Source: Candidatus Nomurabacteria bacterium
Lineage (GTDB): Bacteria; Patescibacteriota; Patescibacteriia; Magasanikbacterales; UBA922
Reading direction: 5' to 3'
Assembly (NCBI GenBank): GCA_020632445.1
Contig: JACKFN010000005.1
Location: 30,786-94,785 of the forward strand
DNA length: 64,000 bases
Below, piece after piece: positions 1 through 8,642 of this stretch (its first letter is position 1; every line of letters starts with the position of its first letter). The notes beneath the pieces are model-generated. The model was not told the origin of the DNA and searched no databases. It saw only the letters and a program-made list of their open reading frames with translations. The position numbers were made by a program, and so were the translations under genes.

Positions 1-912
1 TGGATTTCCAAACAAAATAAAAAGAGACAGCACCGTCGCGACAGGCAACACCGCATCAAAATCCGAAATACTCATCTCAGAACCCAAAATTAAAAAGAAA
101 ATCACTATAAAAAAATCTCGAAGGGGCTTAATTCGACTTGAAATTTCTGATTGGTACGGTGACGATCCCAAGGTAATACCCGCGACAATCGCTCCTATTT
201 CTAGTGAAAAACCAAGCGCATAAAGAGCACTTGCAAGACCAAAACACCACGCCATGGTGAAGATAAACAAAAACTCATTTGACCGTGCAATATGGTCCAA
301 GATGCGAGGAAGAACTTTCTTTGCCAGCACATACACCAATGCAATAAGGGCAAAAATCCGCACCACAAAATCTCCTACTATTCCTATCCATGATCCCCCT
401 TCAGAAAGCTGCACAAAAGCCATCATGATAAAGACCGCGATGATATCCTGAATCACCATAAGTCCAAAAACATGTCTACCATACACTGATCTCGTATCAT
501 TTTTGTCATTGAGCAGCTTAACGATAACAATGGTAGACGAAAAAGTCAGCGCAACGGCGAGATACAGGGCTGAATTGTGTTCAAAGCCCAAAAACAACAG
601 TAGCGCGTATCCAACGACTGCGGTAAAAATCACCTGAACCAGCCCAGCAATCACCGACGCCTTTCCGATTTTTTTGATATGATTAAAGTTGAGACTCAGC
701 CCCACCAAAAACAACAAAAGAATCACCCCAAACTCAGCAAATGCATCAAACAGGTGTGCATCACCATGCATTAAATCCAAAAAGAGTGGCCCCGAAATCA
801 ACCCTGCAAAAAGATACGCGACCATCAATGGCTGACGCAGCAATCGCATAACAAAAGCAATGGAGACGGTAATCCCCATAAGTATACTTACTTGTAAAAA
901 GACGTTATCCAT
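1..912 (-). CDS. Monovalent cation:proton antiporter (CPA2/KefB-NhaP-like), N-terminal part; C-terminus lies beyond the window start
   Basis: Absent from the ORF track because it is truncated. Reverse complement from the ATG at 912-910 reads MDNVFLQVSILMGITVSIAFVMRLLRQPLMVAYLFAGLISGPLFLDLMHGDAHLFDAFAEFGVI... and runs as uninterrupted hydrophobic helices to position 1. LxxxxAGLxxGP and HxxxxFxxFAEFGV motifs are typical of Na+/H+ exchanger family proteins. Confidence 0.7.
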   Translation of the reverse strand, partial: MDNVFLQVSILMGITVSIAFVMRLLRQPLMVAYLFAGLISGPLFLDLMHGDAHLFDAFAEFGVILLLFLVGLSLNFNHIKKIGKASVIAGLVQVIFTAVVGYALLLFLGFEHNSALYLAVALTFSSTIVIVKLLNDKNDTRSVYGRHVFGLMVIQDIIAVFIMMAFVQLSEGGSWIGIVGDFVVRIFALIALVYVLAKKVLPRILDHIARSNEFLFIFTMAWCFGLASALYALGFSLEIGAIVAGITLGSSPYQSEISSRIKPLRDFFIVIFFLILGSEMSISDFDAVLPVATVLSLFILFGNP

Positions 913-983
913 GATCGACAGTATACCATTTTTTCTTTGCAAGGAAAAAAGCTCACGCGACACGTGAGCTCTTCTTTTTTTTC

Positions 984-1379
984 TTACATCATTGCAGCCA
1001 CACCAAATCCGAAATACGAAAGTACAATTCCCAAAATTACACTTGTTGAGAATTCTAAAAGATACATGTTATCGAGATTTGCCTTCTTGAGTACCTCGTA
1101 GACAAGACCCGGAAACAATATGGAAAGTATTCCTTTTATAAACATCGCCCATGCCATCAGGGTTATGAGTGTCTGCCAACCTGTATCCCAAATGTTGTGT
1201 GAAAGAATAAAAAGAGTTCCCAGAAAACTCCCAAGAAGTCCCCATAAGAATACATGGCCTGGATCTTCAACAATTGACATGAAGATCCCTTTGTAATCCT
1301 CTTTGTTGAATACAAGTGCAAGTGCCACCAAGAGGAAAAAGATACCGAAAGCTTTTGCAAGCAAGATGGAAAGTTCCAT
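984..1379 (-). CDS. Hypothetical small integral membrane protein (about 4 TM helices)
   Basis: 131-aa ORF with four hydrophobic segments; no recognisable family. Confidence 0.45.
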   Translation of the reverse strand: MELSILLAKAFGIFFLLVALALVFNKEDYKGIFMSIVEDPGHVFLWGLLGSFLGTLFILSHNIWDTGWQTLITLMAWAMFIKGILSILFPGLVYEVLKKANLDNMYLLEFSTSVILGIVLSYFGFGVAAMM

Positions 1380-1549
1380 ATGACAGGCAATTTAAAAGTA
1401 AGGATGCAAATTATGCATGAAATTTCCTACAAAACCTCTTGCATGACTTGCACTTTATTCAAAAGTATAACACAGGTGTTTTTTTTATCCAACATCAAAT
1501 GACAAAAGGTTTTGACGTCATAATTTTTTCTTGCTACTATTAAAACAAA

Positions 1550-1685
1550 TCCCCATCATAGCTCGTCCGGTGCGCGTGCGATGCAACCCCGGAGAGCTCC
1601 ACCCACGCAGCAGTCAGCACGGCCAGCCTGTGTGCGACAGGTCCACCGTCCGAGGTCGTGCTGACTGCTGCGTTCCATTCAAAAA
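1550..1685. ncRNA. GC-rich structured element of unknown identity: 15-bp perfect inverted repeat (1607-1621 / 1657-1671) enclosing a nested CCUGU-GUGCG-ACAGG hairpin
   Basis: About 130 nt at roughly 65% GC inside an AT-rich intergenic region between a minus-strand membrane gene and holA. Arms GCAGCAGTCAGCACG and CGTGCTGACTGCTGC are perfectly complementary. No SRP, 6S, tmRNA or RNase P signature motif found. Confidence 0.25.
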
Positions 1686-1751
1686 AACATCTTTTGTCGA
1701 GGTGTTTTTTTGTTTGCCAAGAAATGGCAACGGTGCTACTATACCCCTACT

Positions 1752-2729
1752 ATGATCCTTTTTCTCTACGGACAAGACACGCTTCGATCCAGAAAGCGCC
1801 TGTCTGAAATGATAGCCAAGTTCAAAGAAGACCGCGACCCACAAAGTCTCAACGTGGTATCTTTGGACTGTCAAAAAGTAAAAACTGAAGACACCATATG
1901 GCAGCAAATCCTTTCGAGTCCGTTTCTGGCAGAAAAACGCATGGTTGTCCTCGAAAACCTACTCGTGAGCTCACACAAAGGGCTCCAAAAACAACTCCTT
2001 GAGAGGATCGAAGGTCAAACCTTGCCAGAATCGACGGTACTCGTCTTTTGGGAATCTACAGAAAAGTTCAAAACCAAACTCGCAAAGGAATTCTTTGCAC
2101 GACTGCTCAAAGAAAAATTTGTCCTTCACTTTGAAAATCTCGAAGGGGCAAAACTCTTGGTTTGGGTCAGTGAAATTTTTAAAGAAAATCATCTCTCTAT
2201 AGATAAAAATGCTCTAGTCTTTTTGTGTGACAATGCAGGCCCAGATCTCTGGTCGATTGAATCGGTCGCTGCCCAACTCGTCTCTTACAAACAAGACGAA
2301 GGGGTGGTTTCTTTGAAAGATGTTCAATTGTTTGTTAAAGAAACCTATGATGACAACATCTTTAACATCATTGATAACATTGTCAAAAAAAACACTTCAA
2401 ATGTTTTTTCACAAATCGCGCAAATCTATCGAAACGGCGAAACGCCCCACTATGTCCATGCTATGCTTGTAAGACAAGTCCGAATAATGCTCATGCTCAA
2501 AGATGCGCAAAAGCGAGGAGAGAATCTCTCTGATCCACGCCTGGCAAAAAAACTTTCGCTCCACCCATTTGTCGTGAAAAAAACCACCACCGTGCTACAA
2601 AACTATTCTCTCGAAAAACTTCAAGACTTGCAAAACGACCTTCTCGACATAGACACACAAACAAAAAAGGGCCAAAATGACCCTTCGCTCTTGCTTGATG
2701 TGCTGGTGACCAAACTTGCCAACCATTAG
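1752..2729 (+). CDS. holA: DNA polymerase III subunit delta
   Basis: Start taken at the internal ATG (MILFLYGQDTLRSRKRL...), matching the canonical MIYLFYGED-type HolA N-terminus. About 325 aa with the expected size and domain pattern; the upstream 14 codons of the tracked ORF overlap the GC-rich element. Confidence 0.7.
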   Translation: MILFLYGQDTLRSRKRLSEMIAKFKEDRDPQSLNVVSLDCQKVKTEDTIWQQILSSPFLAEKRMVVLENLLVSSHKGLQKQLLERIEGQTLPESTVLVFWESTEKFKTKLAKEFFARLLKEKFVLHFENLEGAKLLVWVSEIFKENHLSIDKNALVFLCDNAGPDLWSIESVAAQLVSYKQDEGVVSLKDVQLFVKETYDDNIFNIIDNIVKKNTSNVFSQIAQIYRNGETPHYVHAMLVRQVRIMLMLKDAQKRGENLSDPRLAKKLSLHPFVVKKTTTVLQNYSLEKLQDLQNDLLDIDTQTKKGQNDPSLLLDVLVTKLANH

Positions 2730-3964
2730 TTTTCAAACGGTCCAAATTCCCGCTCCATTTGTACAAGCCCTCGCTCTATCCGAAGACTGATCTCTTGCTC
2801 CAGGAGTTCTTTTTCTGCTTGCAACAAACGGATTGTTCTCTCATCTTCTGTTCTGCTCATAAGCATGTCAAGCTCACCAGACTGTCGCTTCAGATCTCGC
2901 TGAGCCACCTTTGCTGCCCACATCCTTCTTTTTTCTGCCGTTGAAACATCAGGCCGAAGCTCCTCACTATACACACGGATTCCTCCTGGTTCATTAATCT
3001 TTTCAAAAATAGCTGCCCTGTCTGCCTCGTCGGCGGCTCGTGAAAATTGTACCTGCTCCCTAGGGGCAATAACACGTGCTCCCCCGGTAACGGAAACCTG
3101 TCCTCCTGCCCTGTCACTGACACCACGAACAAGTTCCTGAACCTTTTGTAATACCGTATCCACACTCTCACTTCCCACCCCCGGCAAAACGAGCAAAAAC
3201 TCATCTCCACTTCGGCGTCCGACTGAGTCCACCCCACGTAAACCAGCCCTGAGTTTTTGAACAACCTCTTGAATAATTTGGTCCCCAACCAAGTGACCAC
3301 GCGCTGGATCATCGTTTATCTTTTTAAAACCATCAATGTCAAAAAAAACGAGAACCAGCCGCTCCCCCTCAGTTCCTTTCTGATCAAGTTTTTCTCTTTC
3401 AATATCAAAGTGGTGCTCTAACCCCTTTTTTGAAAGCCCACCAGTCAACTCGTCCTGGTATTCTTTCTGTTCAAGCTCTACTTTTTCTACTGCTGTTTGC
3501 AAAATATAAGGGCTGAGTTCCCTAACCGTTGGCCGCAAATTAGCCGTAATAGCGTCAACCTCTGATGGAGAGAATGGGGAAGATTCTTGTATGCTTCTTT
3601 CAATATTCCCTGCGAGCGAGTTAAGCGTAGTTTCATCTATCAAGTGGCTCACAACTTCATGTGCTGGTCGATCGGTGGTGTCGCTTAAAATGCTCTCTCG
3701 TATATCATCAAGCACGTTTTTGCTCAATCCAACTTGTTGTGCTTCTTGACGCTCAACCCCTTCAACCAACTTGGAAATCAGGACTCTTTTCACCAAAGAA
3801 CGTTGTATTTCTTCCGCCTCAGCGATAATAGCGTTACGTTTTTCATCGTCAAAAGCGAGTTTCTCAATAAGCTGCCGAGGAAACGGCTCACAGAGCATTT
3901 CAATAATTCCCTCTACTCGCTCACTCTCCCGTTGCGGTGGTCTGTCCATTATTCTTTCTACCAT
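2726..3964 (-). CDS. GGDEF-domain protein (diguanylate cyclase-like) with a degenerate RSGDEF motif
   Basis: C-terminal half holds LVLVFFDIDGFKKINDD...GDQII...RSGDEFLLVLPG, a GGDEF domain in which the first Gly of GG(D/E)EF is Ser. N-terminal half is a coiled-coil/charged region. Stop codon overlaps the holA stop by 4 nt (convergent). Confidence 0.6.
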   Translation of the reverse strand: MVERIMDRPPQRESERVEGIIEMLCEPFPRQLIEKLAFDDEKRNAIIAEAEEIQRSLVKRVLISKLVEGVERQEAQQVGLSKNVLDDIRESILSDTTDRPAHEVVSHLIDETTLNSLAGNIERSIQESSPFSPSEVDAITANLRPTVRELSPYILQTAVEKVELEQKEYQDELTGGLSKKGLEHHFDIEREKLDQKGTEGERLVLVFFDIDGFKKINDDPARGHLVGDQIIQEVVQKLRAGLRGVDSVGRRSGDEFLLVLPGVGSESVDTVLQKVQELVRGVSDRAGGQVSVTGGARVIAPREQVQFSRAADEADRAAIFEKINEPGGIRVYSEELRPDVSTAEKRRMWAAKVAQRDLKRQSGELDMLMSRTEDERTIRLLQAEKELLEQEISLRIERGLVQMEREFGPFEN

Positions 3965-4018
3965 AAAATATTTAATGAATAAAAAATCCCGAAGTTATCG
4001 GGATTTAGTATACGCAGT

Positions 4019-4288
4019 TTATTTCTTCTTTGCAACTGTGTTCACTTTTGCCATGAGGCGTGAAAACTTTCTTGATGCCGTGTTCTTTTTGAGAACTCCT
4101 TTTTTTGCCGCCTTATCAAGCTTCTTTTGAGCAGTCTTGAGAAGATCAGCCACATCCTTTTGTCCAGCATCCATTGCCTTATTTACTTCCTTGAGGGCGG
4201 TTTTGTATGCTTTTTTGACAACTAAGTTTTCTTCAGCACGCTTCTTTGCCTGACGAAGTGCTTTTTTTGCGTTTTTTAAATTTGGCAT
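4019..4288 (-). CDS. rpsT: 30S ribosomal protein S20
   Basis: MPNLKNAKKALRQAKKRAEEN... basic, Ala/Lys-rich 89-aa protein matching the S20 N-terminal signature (M-x-N-x-KSA-KK). ATG at 4288-4286; the track ORF begins 2 codons upstream at a TTG. Confidence 0.85.
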   Translation of the reverse strand: MPNLKNAKKALRQAKKRAEENLVVKKAYKTALKEVNKAMDAGQKDVADLLKTAQKKLDKAAKKGVLKKNTASRKFSRLMAKVNTVAKKK

Positions 4289-4700
4289 AACCAATGGTTA
4301 AAAATACTATTGGCGTGAGAGTGGCGTTATTATATCTAAGCTTAGCCACATTGTCAAGCCCCTACTTAGAATCTCTTCTTGGCAGAAGGTGATACCCCTC
4401 CGGCCTTCACGCCCTTCTTCTCGGTGAAAATCACACAGATAACACCGAGCAGGGCCATCAGGCCCCAAAAAAAGCCATGAATAATCGATAAACTCACTGG
4501 GTCATGAGCTTTCCCCCGTGGCCAGTAACGACGTAATATAGCATCGTTTTATTGATAGTTTTTCCCTAAAAATCGAATTTTTCTGTAAAAAAAGCAAATT
4601 TTATCCACATATCCACTTTTTTATACACAGTTTTGGCTAAATATTGAACTTTCCTAACAAAAAAACACTCAAATGAGTGTTTTTGAAAGTTCTTTCCCCC

Positions 4701-5825
4701 CTATTGCCGTATAGGCATAACAAGGTACAAATAATCTTCTTTCCCCTTTCCGCGCATCATACAAGGCGCATCATGAGAATTCATCAAAAATTCCATTTCT
4801 TCACTATCAAGATTTGCCAATCCATCGAGGACGTATCTAAAGTTGAGCAAAATGGCGTTTTCCTCTCCGGCCACTTGCGCTTCCACTTGTGAAGAGTGCT
4901 CACCGGTTTGGCTGCTCATTGAAGCCACCATAACTGCAGACTCAGAAGGACTGAGCGTAAAATTCACTCCGTTTATACCCGTGCTGCTAAACAAACTGGC
5001 CGCTTTGATTTTCTTATGAAACGCATCCACACTCACAATCGCATGTGTTTTAAACTCTGTGGGGATTATTTGTGCATAATCTGGATAACTCCCAGATACC
5101 AGCCGACTCGTTATCTCAAAACTTTCATACCGTACCCCAATCTGATTGTCACTCACCCACATTCGCACTTGTGTTTCCTTTCCAGAATTTTTCACGCTTG
5201 AAAGGAGCCTTGCAACTTCCATTACTGTTTTGATTGGCAAAATACATTGGCGCACATCACTCCCCTGTGCCACCGAAACTTTCTTTTCCGCAAGACGGTA
5301 TGAATCAGTCGCAGCCATTACGAGTCCTTCATACCTGTCGGTAAAAAATCCACAGTACACCCCAGAAAGCTCTGGTCGAATGTCATTTTTGGCGGCGGCA
5401 ATTCCCACTCGTGTTAGGGCATCTGCAAATACGTCTACTAAAATGGTATATACAGAACCTTCTTCTGCTTCTGGAATAATTGGATAATCCTCTGAAGGGC
5501 TTCCCTTAATTTTGGTTGATGAGTCATTACAAGAAACCACCAATTCATTTTCCTCAACGGATATTTCAATTTGTTCATCAGATATGAGTGAAACAAAATC
5601 GTAAAGCGTTTTTGCCGGCACGGTAAATTTTCCCGCTATTTCCACCTTGGCACGCAGACTGCACTTTACCACCATTTCAAGATTGGTACTCACAAACTCT
5701 ACTCTAGATTCTGTTGCGTCAATCAAAACATTACTCAGTATTGGAAGATTGGACTGTTTACCAGCAAGTGGGGCAACTAAATTAAGTGCTCCTACAAGAT
5801 TTTCTTTCGTACAAACAAATTTCAT
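4701..5825 (-). CDS. dnaN: DNA polymerase III subunit beta (sliding clamp)
   Basis: 374 aa, MKFVCTKENLVGALNLVAPLAGKQSNLPILSNVLIDATESRVEFVSTNLEM..., three-domain clamp pattern; sits immediately downstream of dnaA as in most bacteria. Confidence 0.95.
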   Translation of the reverse strand: MKFVCTKENLVGALNLVAPLAGKQSNLPILSNVLIDATESRVEFVSTNLEMVVKCSLRAKVEIAGKFTVPAKTLYDFVSLISDEQIEISVEENELVVSCNDSSTKIKGSPSEDYPIIPEAEEGSVYTILVDVFADALTRVGIAAAKNDIRPELSGVYCGFFTDRYEGLVMAATDSYRLAEKKVSVAQGSDVRQCILPIKTVMEVARLLSSVKNSGKETQVRMWVSDNQIGVRYESFEITSRLVSGSYPDYAQIIPTEFKTHAIVSVDAFHKKIKAASLFSSTGINGVNFTLSPSESAVMVASMSSQTGEHSSQVEAQVAGEENAILLNFRYVLDGLANLDSEEMEFLMNSHDAPCMMRGKGKEDYLYLVMPIRQ

Positions 5826-6127
5826 ATGACTTCCTTCTTGAGGTGTTTATAACCCGTGAGGGTTTGTATTCTTTTTCTAAAAAAATATTAGTATTAGTAA
5901 TAGGCGTTGTGGACAGTGGGGATAACTTGAAATTTCTTGCTTATTTGAGAGCAAAAAAGCGTTTTTCCACATGCGTATAATGCGTGTGTGGAAACTCTCC
6001 CAACTGTGAACAATTTTTCTTCTCCATTTTTTCTTGTGGATAGGTATCGTCTTCCTACACAAGAAATCCCAATCTTTTATACACACCTATGCCCAGCTTT
6101 ATCCACGATAATGGGGATAAATTCAGA
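5826..6127. promoter_or_regulatory. Candidate oriC: dnaA-dnaN intergenic region with at least 6 DnaA-box-like 9-mers plus an AT-rich unwinding stretch
   Basis: Boxes within 1 mismatch of TTATCCACA or its complement: TGTGGACAG (5907-5915), TTTTCCACA (5964), TGTGGAAAC (5990), TGTGGATAG (6037), TTATCCACG (6099), GGGGATAAA (6113). AT-rich run TCTTTTTCTAAAAAAATATTAGTATTAGTAATA at 5869-5903. Confidence 0.6.
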
Positions 6128-7498
6128 CTATCCGTACAGCTTCTGTCGTATTAATTCAATTTCCTGCTTGAGGTTTGGGTCTTCTTTTACGTTCTTTCGG
6201 ATTTTTGTGTCGGCATGCATTGCCGTGGTGTGGTCTCGGCCGCCCAGCTCTTGTCCAATAGCCGGAAAGGACATCCCAAGCTCTTCTCTCATCATATACA
6301 TAATGACCTGACGAGGGTGCGCGAGTCGTTTTTCACGACTTTTTCCAACCACTTCGTCAACTGAAATGTCATAAAATCCTGTAATGAGCGAAACCAGCTC
6401 TTTGGGTGTTTTTTTCCTGTTCGCGGTTTGTTCCTGGAAGCTTTCGAGGATGGGGCGTACGGTTTCCGGGGTAGGTGTGAGGTTTTTGAGCTGGTGAAAA
6501 GCAATGACTTTGTTGAGTGCACCTTCGAGCTCACGAATGTTGCTTTGAATCGTTGTAGCAATGAGCTGGAGGAGTTCCTGTCTTATGGGGAATCGTTTTT
6601 CTTGCGCTTTGGATTCAAGAATGGCAACCCTTGTTTCTAAGTCAGGTGCCATGATATCGGCAATCATTCCCCACTCAAACCGACTACGGAGCCTGTCTTC
6701 AAGTGAAGGAATGGCTTTTGGTGGGCGATCACTGGTAAGGACCACCTGTTTTCCTTGTTGGTGGAGTTCGTTGAATGTATGAAAAAACTCTTCTTGGGTT
6801 TGTTCCTTTCCTCCAATGAATTGAATGTCGTCAATAAGCAGGAGATCGACGGTTCGGTACCGTTCTTTAAATTCACTTACCCGACCCTCTTTTACGGTAG
6901 CCACAAACTCATTGGTAAATTTTTCTGAGCTCACATAGAGAATTTTTGCCTGCGGGTTGTCAACGAGCATCTTGTGAGCAATGGCCTGGATAAGGTGCGT
7001 TTTTCCAAGTCCTACATCTCCATATATAAAGAGTGGATTGTATGCCTCACCAGGCCTGTTGGCAACGGCTTGCGCAGCGGCGTGCGCGAGTTCGTTTCCT
7101 TTTCCAACAATAAAAGTTTCAAAGGTGTATTTTGGGTTGAGCCCAAATGCGGACATCAGCGTTTTTGTTGGTTTTGAAAAGATAGGCTCTTCGAGCGTCG
7201 AAACCGTTTGCGTCGTTTGTGGGTGGCACTCCATTTCTTCGATGTGCTTGACGTTTTCTACTTTGTATTCTACTCGTTTAACGGGTTTTTGGGTGATGCG
7301 TTCGAGTGTCTTGGTGATATCTGAATGATATTTTTTCTCGAGCCAGCTTTTGGTAAATGCATTTGGAACACAAATGACAACATGGCCATCTTGAAAGTGG
7401 CCTATTCCCGTGTTTCGAAACCAGGTCGTAAAGTTGGCCTTTGAGAGTTTGAGCTCAAAATCGGCCAGAACGGCCTGCCATATTTCGTAATTTGTCAT
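6128..7498 (-). CDS. dnaA: Chromosomal replication initiator protein DnaA
   Basis: Start set at the internal ATG (MTNYEIWQAVL...). AAA+ Walker A GDVGLGKTHL, sensor/box motifs and the C-terminal DNA-binding domain (LAHPRQVIMYMMREELGMSFPAIGQELGGRDHTTAMHA) are present. The track ORF extends 198 codons upstream through GC-rich DNA without DnaA similarity. Confidence 0.95.
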   Translation of the reverse strand: MTNYEIWQAVLADFELKLSKANFTTWFRNTGIGHFQDGHVVICVPNAFTKSWLEKKYHSDITKTLERITQKPVKRVEYKVENVKHIEEMECHPQTTQTVSTLEEPIFSKPTKTLMSAFGLNPKYTFETFIVGKGNELAHAAAQAVANRPGEAYNPLFIYGDVGLGKTHLIQAIAHKMLVDNPQAKILYVSSEKFTNEFVATVKEGRVSEFKERYRTVDLLLIDDIQFIGGKEQTQEEFFHTFNELHQQGKQVVLTSDRPPKAIPSLEDRLRSRFEWGMIADIMAPDLETRVAILESKAQEKRFPIRQELLQLIATTIQSNIRELEGALNKVIAFHQLKNLTPTPETVRPILESFQEQTANRKKTPKELVSLITGFYDISVDEVVGKSREKRLAHPRQVIMYMMREELGMSFPAIGQELGGRDHTTAMHADTKIRKNVKEDPNLKQEIELIRQKLYG

Positions 7499-7599
7499 AG
7501 TGGGGAAAATTAGGGAAAACAGAGGAAACTTCCCTCTGTAAGTGCATTGTAACATAATTATACACAAGAAAAAAACGCTGAGTATAGCGAAATGTGTAA

Positions 7600-7642
7600 C
7601 ACCTGTGGATAGACTGTGGATAATGTGGATAACTTTGAAAAC
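7600..7642. promoter_or_regulatory. Three tandem DnaA boxes upstream of dnaA (autoregulation/origin-associated)
   Basis: CCTGTGGATAGACTGTGGATAATGTGGATAAC holds TGTGGATAG plus two perfect TGTGGATAA (complement of TTATCCACA) about 105 bp upstream of the dnaA start. Confidence 0.7.
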
Positions 7643-8000
7643 AAAGAAAAACTTTCTTGGCTGAGGGTTGCAAAATTTTGGACTTTTTTGTAAGATGCAC
7701 TGGTCTGGATTCATTTCCCCCAGACGAGCGAGGAACCCATGGCTGGAAAAGGAACAGGGGGCGTGAAGTCCCGTGGTGGGCACCGGACCCGTGCGGCCAA
7801 GCGTCGGTCGCAGCGCAAGCTGAAGGCGCGACGGCGGGGCGAGACCACTCCGGATGCGCCGAGGCCTTCGACGACGCGCAGGTGCTGGTTGTGCGGTCAC
7901 AGGTCGCCCAAGAATCTTCCTCGGTGCGAGAGCTGCAAGACGTTCTTGGGCGCTGCGGTGTAGTTCACTGCAAAGTTTCAACACTCCCACACCACCATAT

Positions 8001-8062
8001 CCCACCTTCAAAATACCAAAAAACACCAACGCTATGGTGTTTTTTGGTATTTTGAAGGTGGG
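8001..8062. repeat. Perfect 28-bp inverted repeat with a 6-nt loop (CCCACCTTCAAAATACCAAAAAACACCA-acgcta-TGGTGTTTTTTGGTATTTTGAAGGTGGG)
   Basis: Read directly; arms are exact reverse complements. The right arm ends in TTGAAGGTGGG, an 11-mer that recurs at 37869 and 40800. Confidence 0.9.
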
Positions 8063-8064
8063 AA

Positions 8065-8538
8065 TTAATAGGCGACAAAGCCGCAGCGACACATGTGATG
8101 CATTGCTGCATCAATGTCAGTCCCCCGCATGGTGTTGGTACGCCTGCAGGTGGCGAGCGGGCACTGCCAACGCCTGGGTGGTAGCTTGCGCAGTGGGTGG
8201 TGAATTCGGCATCTGGCGCAGTAGAAGCATGCGGGCTGGTTTATTTTTCCGCAGCTTGGACAGTGCCAGTTCTGACTGAACTTAATGTGGATGGGTACGA
8301 CTTCCGCTGAACGGAAGATTTCTGGAGGTACAGGCCTGGTTACAGTGCAGCCGTTTCCTTGGCACACTTCGTTTTCCGATCTGTTGAACCACGACCTTCC
8401 GATATGGCAGTGGCTGCAGCTGCAAATCCAGTGCTTTCCGTCGGTGGTCCAGTAAGTGTGCTCAGTGCACAGATGATCATCTGCTCTTGGTACCATGGTG
8501 CGCCACTTCCCGGTTGGTGTTTCTTGTATTGTAGGCAT
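8065..8538 (-). CDS. Hypothetical Cys/His/Trp-rich protein (possible zinc-binding) encoded in the GC-rich island
   Basis: 157 aa from the internal ATG (MPTIQETPTGKWRT...). Multiple CxxC/CxC pairs (WICSCSHCH, HCPSCG, CFYCARC). The TAA stop is immediately followed by CCCACCTTCAA. Frame choice is uncertain because GC-rich DNA keeps other frames open. Confidence 0.3.
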   Translation of the reverse strand: MPTIQETPTGKWRTMVPRADDHLCTEHTYWTTDGKHWICSCSHCHIGRSWFNRSENEVCQGNGCTVTRPVPPEIFRSAEVVPIHIKFSQNWHCPSCGKINQPACFYCARCRIHHPLRKLPPRRWQCPLATCRRTNTMRGTDIDAAMHHMCRCGFVAY

Positions 8539-8589
8539 TTTGAGGAGTTTGTCAATGTGCTTCTTGAGGAGTTTTTGTCTCTGCGAGTG

Positions 8590-8635
8590 GAAACAAAAAA
8601 TCAGTGTATCTGCACTGATTTTTTTTGTTTTGGGT
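8590..8635. terminator. Bidirectional intrinsic terminator hairpin
   Basis: AAACAAAAAATCAGTG-tatc-tgCACTGATTTTTTTTGTTTT: 12-bp stem flanked by A and T runs on either side. Confidence 0.55.
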
Positions 8636-8642
8636 ATGCGAG

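Larger units (their letters stand above)
7700..8640. other. GC-rich island (about 60-65% GC) inserted between the dnaA-upstream DnaA boxes and a TrmB-like regulator gene; ORFs open in several frames on both strands
   Basis: Sharp compositional shift from flanking AT-rich DNA. Candidate genes are a plus 7739..7963 Arg/Cys-rich peptide and a minus 8065..8538 Cys/His/Trp-rich protein. Interrupted by an AT-rich 28-bp palindrome. Confidence 0.5.

Noticed and set aside
1550-1685. SRP RNA (ffs), considered because a GC-rich hairpin of about 100 nt sits upstream of a DNA polymerase III subunit gene, as ffs does in some Firmicutes
   Set aside because: Neither strand has the domain-IV hallmarks (GNRA tetraloop closed by G-C with 3' GGAAGCAGC / 5' AGG internal-loop motifs). 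The stem is a perfect 15-mer with no bulges, unlike SRP helix 8.
4380-4500. GC-rich patch between rpsT and dnaN as a small RNA or micro-ORF
   Set aside because: Only short imperfect hairpins; candidate micro-ORFs hit stops within 6-10 codons. It might be a small RNA, but the evidence is insufficient to call.
7499-8092. The 654-aa track ORF extends dnaA by 198 codons upstream (MSLRLCRLLIPTFKIPKNT...)
   Set aside because: The extension runs through the GC-rich island and the 28-bp palindrome, has no DnaA similarity and is Arg/Pro/Gly-rich as expected for a GC-rich frame with no stops. DnaA homology begins at the internal MTNYEIWQ at 7498.
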